A DNA stretch of 64,000 nt from Novakomyces olei (lineage: Eukaryota). Every line of letters starts with the position of its first letter. Positions within the stretch are counted from its first letter, which is position 1. The notes under the pieces are model-generated. The model was not told the DNA's origin. It did no database searches and saw only the letters and a list, made by a program, of their open reading frames with translations. This document shows positions 54,152 through 64,000 of the stretch, one piece after another. Location of the stretch: positions 62,001 to 126,000 of the forward strand of contig JADEYG010000004.1 in assembly GCA_016906335.1 (NCBI GenBank), read 5' to 3'. Position numbers and translations under genes: made by a program.

Positions 54152-55652
54152 TCAAGCCGAGTCCGGCATGGTTTCACCAAAGTACTGCCAAATACGTGCA
54201 CTGTCTTTTTTAGGGTCATACGGCTGTAATTCACTCTCGTCGTCCCTATCGTCGCCATAGTACGAAATATATTGATTCTGCGATTAGTCTAGTTACGTGA
54301 TAAAGTCCTCTTTTTTGTTTTTTGTTAAAAATTCTTACCAGCCCGACTGTCACTGCTGTCGCGTTCTCCCACCATTCAATACGATGATCGCGTGGTTGTT
54401 GGCCTTGAATCGTTCGCAAAATATTTTGTGTGACTGTATTTGCCTGAAATGCAGCAGAACGTCCGTTCTTTGAGAACGGTGTTTCAGCAACATCCCCTGC
54501 GGCGTATACGTTACCGTACTCGTTTGCGTCAAGTTGTAACGTTGATCTGACCTTGATATATCCTGAACTTGAAACACACTGTGGGGCAATCTGAGAGACA
54601 AGCTCGGAGTTTGGTTGCTGCCCTATGCATTTTATCTTGGAATCAGAAAGGGAGAACAAATAAAATGATTAAAGATGAAATAAAAATAAAATTATTGTTA
54701 AAAGTAATAGAATCCAACTAAATCAATTGCACCCCAAACTTACCAAAAAGTCACAGTCAATGACTTTGCCGCTATTAAGCAAAAGCTTTCCGTTTGGTGG
54801 GGTCTTCGTTTGACTCAGACGCTCGCCTAAGTAGAAGGTAATGCCCAATTTAGTGAGCTCCTCTGTTGCCTTCTCTTGCATTATAGGACCAAAATGATTC
54901 AATATACTAGAACGCGAATGAACCAGAGCGACATTTTTGTCTGGGTACCGGTCTTTCATGTCAGCTGCAGTTTCTACTCCAGCAGCTCCTCCGCCAAGGA
55001 CAACAATATTGCGGCTTTCATCGATAGACTTCCCATAATTTTGTACAGTTTCCATTCCGTCTGATAAACTTTCTTGGCCAACTCGTGAAGGCAGCGAAGC
55101 ATTGGCCCCAGTAGCTAGAAACAAAAATTCAAAAGAAATTACACGGCCTGATTTCAACGTAATAGTACCTGGAGTCTGTATAGCCGGTTTGCTTTTCTCT
55201 GACAACTTTTCGTCAATCAATAATTCACCGTTTGATAAATCCGCAGCTTGAATTCCAATTGCCGTGTCGGTAATCCATTCAAAACTTCCCTTGGGCGGAC
55301 TCCCAAGAAATGATTTGTATGGTATAAATAGACGCTGAGCGTGCTCCCAGAGCACACAGTAATGAGGAATATGCCACGTATACTGAAACTGATGGTTCTT
55401 TTCGATTATCACGACACGGTACCCGCTCGGCAAGGAATTTGCTAGTGATTTTGCTGCATTGTACCCTGCAAATGAAGCACCTACGACGACTACGTTACGA
55501 GGTGCTCTACTGCCCTTGTTGGGCCGGTAGAAAAGACGGTGAAGTTGTGAGCGCAGAGAAAACGATACTTTGTTTAGCATAAACTTGCCAATCGTTCCGT
55601 ATAACTGGAGCTTTAAAAATACTCGTCGCAATACGCTAAATAGGCCGCCCAT
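54152..55652 (-). CDS. AIF/AMID(AIFM2)-like FAD-dependent pyridine nucleotide oxidoreductase
   Basis: VVVVGASFAG, LATGA, VLGGGAAGVE, VYAAGDVA; introns 54636-54743 and 54278-54338. Confidence 0.9.
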
Positions 55653-55811
55653 GGCTGACTGCCTTGATTATTTGAGACTTGATTCTAGCTCTTCAAAACA
55701 GCCTTGCCGCGATTATTTTTGCTTGCGTACCGCAAATTTGTAATTATATATACTTTCAGCACCAAATCCAGGGTTCAAGCGAATAGCCAGCCAATCACTA
55801 TCCAGAATCTA

Positions 55812-55832
55812 ATTATCTGATCATCAGATAAT
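55812..55832. promoter_or_regulatory. palindromic double ATCAGATAA GATA element (SreA/Fep1-type)
   Basis: attatctgat-c-atcagataat, about 160 nt upstream of the oxidoreductase ATG. Confidence 0.6.
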
Positions 55833-56368
55833 ATTTAGCCGAACTCTCGGAAATATTCATTCCGGCCAAATCGAGCGCGAATACGACTTGGTGCAATCAT
55901 ACGCTTGGCTTGCTCATTAGGCTGATTGGATTTTAAACACTATGGGGCGTGTTACAAGCCTCATCAGTTACAGCAGTACATTACAAAAAGATGTGATTGG
56001 AGACATACTGGCTATAACACGTGAATGCCAATAGCTAAGCGACGAATTGCTTTTCTATCTTTTAAGAAATTAGTTTTAAGATCTAAGGCTTGAAATTTAT
56101 ACAAGAGAGCTTTAATTAAGGCGGCCTGCAGTGGTATTGATAAGTTTAAATCTTATTGAGCGCATTTTGTGCAAGATTTTGATACAATTCAGCTGCATCA
56201 AAAAAGTTGGTTCAGCGTCATACTGCCCATAATCCAAGTATGTGGAGAGTGTTTGTCTCGTTATAAGTTGTACTTTTATAAATATATTCAATATTAATAA
56301 TTGGTTAATCAATTATAGTGAATAAACTAAACACTAGCAGAATCCCCACACTCTCGAGTCTTGAGAAG

Positions 56369-58485
56369 ATGGACGTCATGCATTGCGCAATGGCTTTCTG
56401 GGACTATAAGCGCCGACAAACGTATTTGGAAGCTAGATTTTTCTTGACGTCGCGGCAGAATCACGAGGATGATGACGCGCAATGAAAAGCCGGGAGGAAA
56501 GACGTACGATGACCATTTCCAAGTTGTGAATGGACCCAAGTGGAACGATGTATGACCTGAGGGGTTTAGGTTTATTTTTGACGTTCAAAATACGAGGGAA
56601 ATAGCTCAATTTCAGAGATCAATAAATTATACGCATCAATAGCTTCTAACATTGATTTTAATTTAGGTATGGGCCGCAATACTTTTCTTTATCACGGTTG
56701 TACTGTATTTTGTATTTGCCGGCTTTGCTCTGGCTGGAATGTTTAAGCGAGGTAAAAAGTGGTCGTTTTTTTTTAAATCCTAACAAAAACAGGCGGTTTC
56801 AATTGGGACAAGGGGCTTAAAGATGGGGGCAAGTACGATTCTATCGACAAACTGAGTATTAAATGGTACGCGGCCCGATCAATATTGAGTATATGTTAAA
56901 ACTACGATTTCTTAGGGTTACACTTGTCACCTTTTCCATATCTATTGGCGTGTCTTTGCTGGGGTTTACGGTGATGCTATTCTTGCTGTCCAAATTCACA
57001 AAAGCTTTTATTTGGATCGCGGGCGTATTTACTGTTTTGACCGGATTTGGGTCTGCCGCCTTCTACTTTGTTAAACAGGAGTAAGTGCTGTAATATTTTG
57101 ATGTTGATTGCTTACATAGCAAACAGTTGGGGCAGCGGAGCCGTTTCTATTTGCTTCGCATTGTTTTACGCAATTTGCTTTATGTGTTGGATACCGCGGA
57201 TTGCCATGTCTACTTTCATCCTCAAGTGTAAGTTAAAGAGTGCTCACGATGATTCGATTTTGCCCTTTCAAAATTATTTGCATCTCTTATACTATAATTT
57301 TTTTCTCATTCACTGATTCTAATATAAGCAACGATCGATTATGCGGTCATGAAGCCTTCTGTCTTTGTCATTATGCTATTTGCAGCCATAATAAATTGCG
57401 TGATTGTCGCATTTCATGGTCTCGTGCTTATCGCTGCATTCGCCACGTGGCACGATCCGCGTACACAGAAAAGTCGCAATTTTTCCGAGTCTGGCTGGCT
57501 TGTTTGCGTAGTGGCCCTCATAACTTTTGCGACTTACTGGATGACTGAAGTCGTTAAAAACGTAGCTCATGTTACAGTTTCCGGGGTTTATGGTTCAATT
57601 TATTATGGCAAAAATACACCTTCTGGAATTCCTCGAAATCCAGCTCTTGGAGCTTTTTTCCGGGCTTGTACTTTTTCCTTTGGAAGTGTCTGTTTTGGAA
57701 GTCTGCTCTCCTCTATCGTGACTTGTCTGCGGGAACTCGTAGTGACTGCGGCTTCTTCTCAGCGCCGGCAGCAAAGTATAATCTCTTTAATAGCATATTT
57801 TATTCTGCGTGCAGCGGCAGGATTCCTCGACTGGCTCTGTCGTATTTTTAATAAATACGCCTTTGTGCAGGTAGCATTGTTTGGGAAGTCGTACGTTCGG
57901 GCAGCAAAGGAGTAAGTCTATTATGCATTATGCATTATTGAAAAGTTAATCTACTTTGATTTAGTTTTTCACCTTTTAACTCCCTTCAAATTTCAATTTT
58001 CAATTTCCAGTTTCTCATTTTTATTTTTATCTTGGTTTTAATTTGTTATTTCATTATTACATTTTTTTATCTAATATATAGCACATGGAAAGCCATTCAT
58101 CAGCGCGGCATTGCTGCTCTCGTTAATGAGTGTATTATCGGTCCCGTGTTAAGCATGTGTTCTGTTATGGTGGCACTGCTATCGATGCTCGTTTGTGTTA
58201 TTGTCATGATGATTCTTGACCGCGATTATAGCAAGCGACAGCTGATTGTTCCCGCTGTCGCATTTCTCATATCGCTCCAAATCGCAAATACGGGCTTCTC
58301 TGCTATAAATTCTGGAATTGCAGCATTATTTATATGCTTTGCTGAAAGTATGCGTATCATCATTGACATTTGACTAAGCGAAAACAGATCCAGAGATTAT
58401 TGCACGTGCAGACAGACCGGTATACGATGAGGTTACATACGTTTATCCTTCTATAGTTTACGGGCCACGGCCGCCCATTGCGTAG
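56369..58485 (+). CDS. PNS1: Pns1/choline transporter-like (CTL) protein, divergent paralog A
   Basis: PKWNDVWAAILF, YWMTEVVKNVAHVTVSG, SFGSVCFGSL, FNKYAF..GKSYVRAAK; about 8 introns; start uncertain (alternative ATG near 56469). Confidence 0.85.
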
Positions 58486-59041
58486 AGTATAAATTATTTC
58501 TTTGAGGCGTTTACAGATGAATGCTTTACCCAAATACTTTTTTGCCTTTAGAATTGTGCTTACTAGTCTCCCACCCTGCTTGTCATAGCACTGCTAATGG
58601 CAGTATCAAATTATAGTAGTAGTTATTATTATTATTATTATTATTATCATATTTCATTGAATGCTGTCCAAAGGTCCGGTATATCAATCACAAGTAATAT
58701 CAAATTTGATCCCAATGAAGTAGCAGATTCGAATGACGACAAAGCGACAGTCAACATTTAACTTCTTCAATAGTCGTGAAAAATACGACATTTGCATCAA
58801 GAATTCAGGCATTTCACCTAACATCTTTAACTTTGTCTTCTATGTATTCAAAATCTTTGAAAATTTCCCAATAGTATTTCTACTTGTACTGTCCAATCAC
58901 CAGTTAGACGAGCCTATGACCGCATCCAGCGATCATTAGGGATTTCACAGTGTGCACAAAAATAAAAACAAAACAGGATAGACAAATAAATAATAAATAA
59001 CCAAATAATATCGCACAAGGACAACTGGGCTCGACGCCGCA

Positions 59042-61328
59042 ATGGAGACCAGGGATTACACGTTTGAGAAGGAGTTTCCTGTTGAGCGTCCAAAATACAA
59101 CGATGTAAAGCGACAGAGGTTCACTAAATAATCGTCTTCTAATTGTTCAGATTTGGGCTGCGCTATTGTTTATAGCGGACCTTTTAGTCTTTGTCGTGAT
59201 CAGCGGATTTGCGTTGCACGCCTATGCTCAAACTCGTGAGTGGAAATTTACTCCCTTTCAATTGATGCTTCTTTTTTGAACTTTTTGCATGTCTTCCTTT
59301 TTAATCTCTTTGAATTCTGGCCGATTTATTGAAATTTTCATCAGTGTTCCTGTTGATTTAGCTATAATAGTGCCACGTCCATAAAGGCTATTGCTACGCA
59401 CATTTGAATGATAAAGTTACCGCTGATGAGTGATTATTTTCGGTCCTCAATTTATTTGGCTTTAATGTTTAAATTTGTTTCCTACTGCCGTGTTCTACGC
59501 CCATCATTCAACTCATCATATGATATATCATGCTTGATGCCCGCCTTTCTTTCCTCGTACTAATTGCCCAGGATCGACTCAGGGCAGTGGGATCTACAAT
59601 GGCTCTGACACACTGACGCTTGATACGAATACCATTGTGCTCATATGCTTTGTCTTTGTTGTTTCTTTGGGATTGTGCTTCCTGTATATGGTCATTGCTA
59701 GTGTATTCACAAAGGCCTTGATATGGATAACTGGAATCGCGAATGTCGTAACTGGCCTCGGTAAGATATTTCGAAGAAATTCAGGTGTCTAATTTCAAAT
59801 AGCAACCGCAATTTGGTACTTGGTGGACCGAAAGTAAGTTTGATATTTTTACACTTTATGCTGACCGACGCAGTTACTACACTGGCATTGTATTTTTAGT
59901 GTTTGCTGTCTTTTATTTGCTTTGTTTTATCAGTTGGATTCCCCGCATTCCTCTCGCTACTCTGATACTGAAAAGTAAGATTGTTGAATAAATACAGATA
60001 ACGAATGAGCTTTTATATTTATTGAATTTTTGCTAATTTTAGCCACCTTTCGGTACGCAAAGCGTAAACCAGCTGTCTTTATTGTCTCGTTTTTTGGGAC
60101 GCTGGTCAATATCGCCTTTTCAGCTTACTTGTCAATCGCATTAGTAGCATCTTACGTTAAATGGCATAAAGGCAGTGATGGCACTGATTACGCTGGAGGC
60201 TCAGCTGGAAATGGATCATTGGTGATGATTATACTGTTCCTTAGCTTTACTGCCTACTGGGTCACAGAGGTGATAAAGAACGTTATTCACGTGACAATCT
60301 GTGGAATATTTGGCAGTATTTATTATGGACTCGCTAGTCCTCAGGGCATTCCTCGTCACTGTGCCTGGGGATCCTTCCGCAGAGCAATGACATACTCCTT
60401 TGGATCAATTTGTTTTGGCAGTCTGATTGTTTCTATTATTACATTTATACGAGAACTCTTGCGCAATGCGGCTCGAGCTCAAGCGGAAGAAGGAAATATA
60501 ATTGGGTTCATATTTACTTGCATCCTGCAATGGTTCATTGGTGTCCTGGACTGGCTTGTTCAGTTTTTCAACAAGTATTGCTACGTACAGATTTCTTTGT
60601 ACGGCAAGAAATATATTGCTGCGGCAAAAGAGTAAGTATCCAGGAAATCTGACGGGAACAAGAAAATGAACGAGTGAAAAGGCATTAAAACAGAATCGCT
60701 ATAATATAATATAAAAAAATAATAAAATTAAAAACAAAAACAAAAATTAAAATTAAAGCAACAAATTGATTGAAGAGAAAAATATAGAACGAAATATGCT
60801 ATATTAATCGGCAATTACTAATTTATCAGTACATGGCACATGTTGGTAGACCGTGGAATTGATGCGCTCATTAACGAATGCTTGATTGGACCTGTACTTG
60901 GAGCCGGTTCAACTTTTGTTTCTTACGTTACTGCGTTGCTGTGCTACCTCTATCTTCGTTATACGCAGCCAGCCTATAACTCTGGAGGAGGATACACGCC
61001 TATCATTATGGCTTTAGGGTTCTTGATTGGTCTGCAAACGACAAACACCGCCGTCGTACCCATTAATTCTGGAGTGGCCACTATTTTTGTTGCCCTTGCA
61101 AAGAGTACACCGCCCTCTTTTGTTTATTTTGATATACTTATTTGCTTATATTGAATATTTTTCTCGAATGCTCTTGTCATTTCCAATTTCGTTTTTACTG
61201 TCTTAATATATTTGCTATTTAACCTGAGCTAATTCTGTACAGACCCAGAAATTCTGCAACAATTTGATCCAGAATTGTACTCTGCAATTGCACAAGCGTA
61301 CCCCAAAGTGGCTCAGCCATCGCCTTGA
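59042..61328 (+). CDS. PNS1: Pns1/choline transporter-like (CTL) protein, paralog B
   Basis: PKYNDIWAALLF, YWVTEVIKNVIHVT, SFGSICFGSL, RGIDALINECLIGPVL; 7 introns. Confidence 0.9.
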
Positions 61329-61393
61329 GGAGGTATTATTTGTATTATATTGTTGCTGTCATTAAATACACCATAATTTTGATAATATAAGCA

Positions 61394-64000
<2,607 letters not shown>

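Noticed and set aside
59400-59545. C/D snoRNA in the long PNS1-B intron
   Set aside because: TGATGA/CTGA-like words are present but not in correct order with a terminal stem, and I could not identify an rRNA guide

Overview
A gene-dense piece of a fungal (ascomycete) nuclear chromosome. Standard genetic code, many very short GT-AG introns (35-65 nt) and U-rich microsatellite-expanded longer introns. Several proteins (Hnt2/Aph1, Set3, the Ppk16-like kinase) look Schizosaccharomyces-like from memory, which suggests an early-diverging yeast such as a Taphrinomycotina member; this is inference. I reconstructed about 27 genes by hand-splicing: ZNG1/CobW (partial), RanBD protein, SPC97, MRP21, amidase, CDC31, GPI-anchored mucin/adhesin, AMPK-family kinase, hybrid histidine kinase, an orphan ORF, MRPL31, NOT2, PUP2, SMC2, CUE protein, MDJ1, SOG2, AAT2, WD40 protein, SSC1, HNT2, SET3, beta-lactamase-family esterase, AIF/AMID-like oxidoreductase, two tandem PNS1 paralogs and MTR10 (partial). 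I found no transposon, tRNA, rRNA or CRISPR. The top leads are: (1) a branch point/acceptor right after the MRPL31 stop, with three in-frame donors inside MRPL31, which could splice out the stop and fuse the mitoribosomal protein to the downstream orphan; (2) a perfect palindrome of two ATCAGATAA (SreA/Fep1-type iron GATA) sites plus CCAAT boxes upstream of an AMID/FSP1-like oxidoreductase; (3) a possible hidden multi-exon CxxC microprotein divergent from SPC97; (4) intronic hairpins, one holding repeats complementary to U2 snRNA. All exon models are manual and need RNA-seq.
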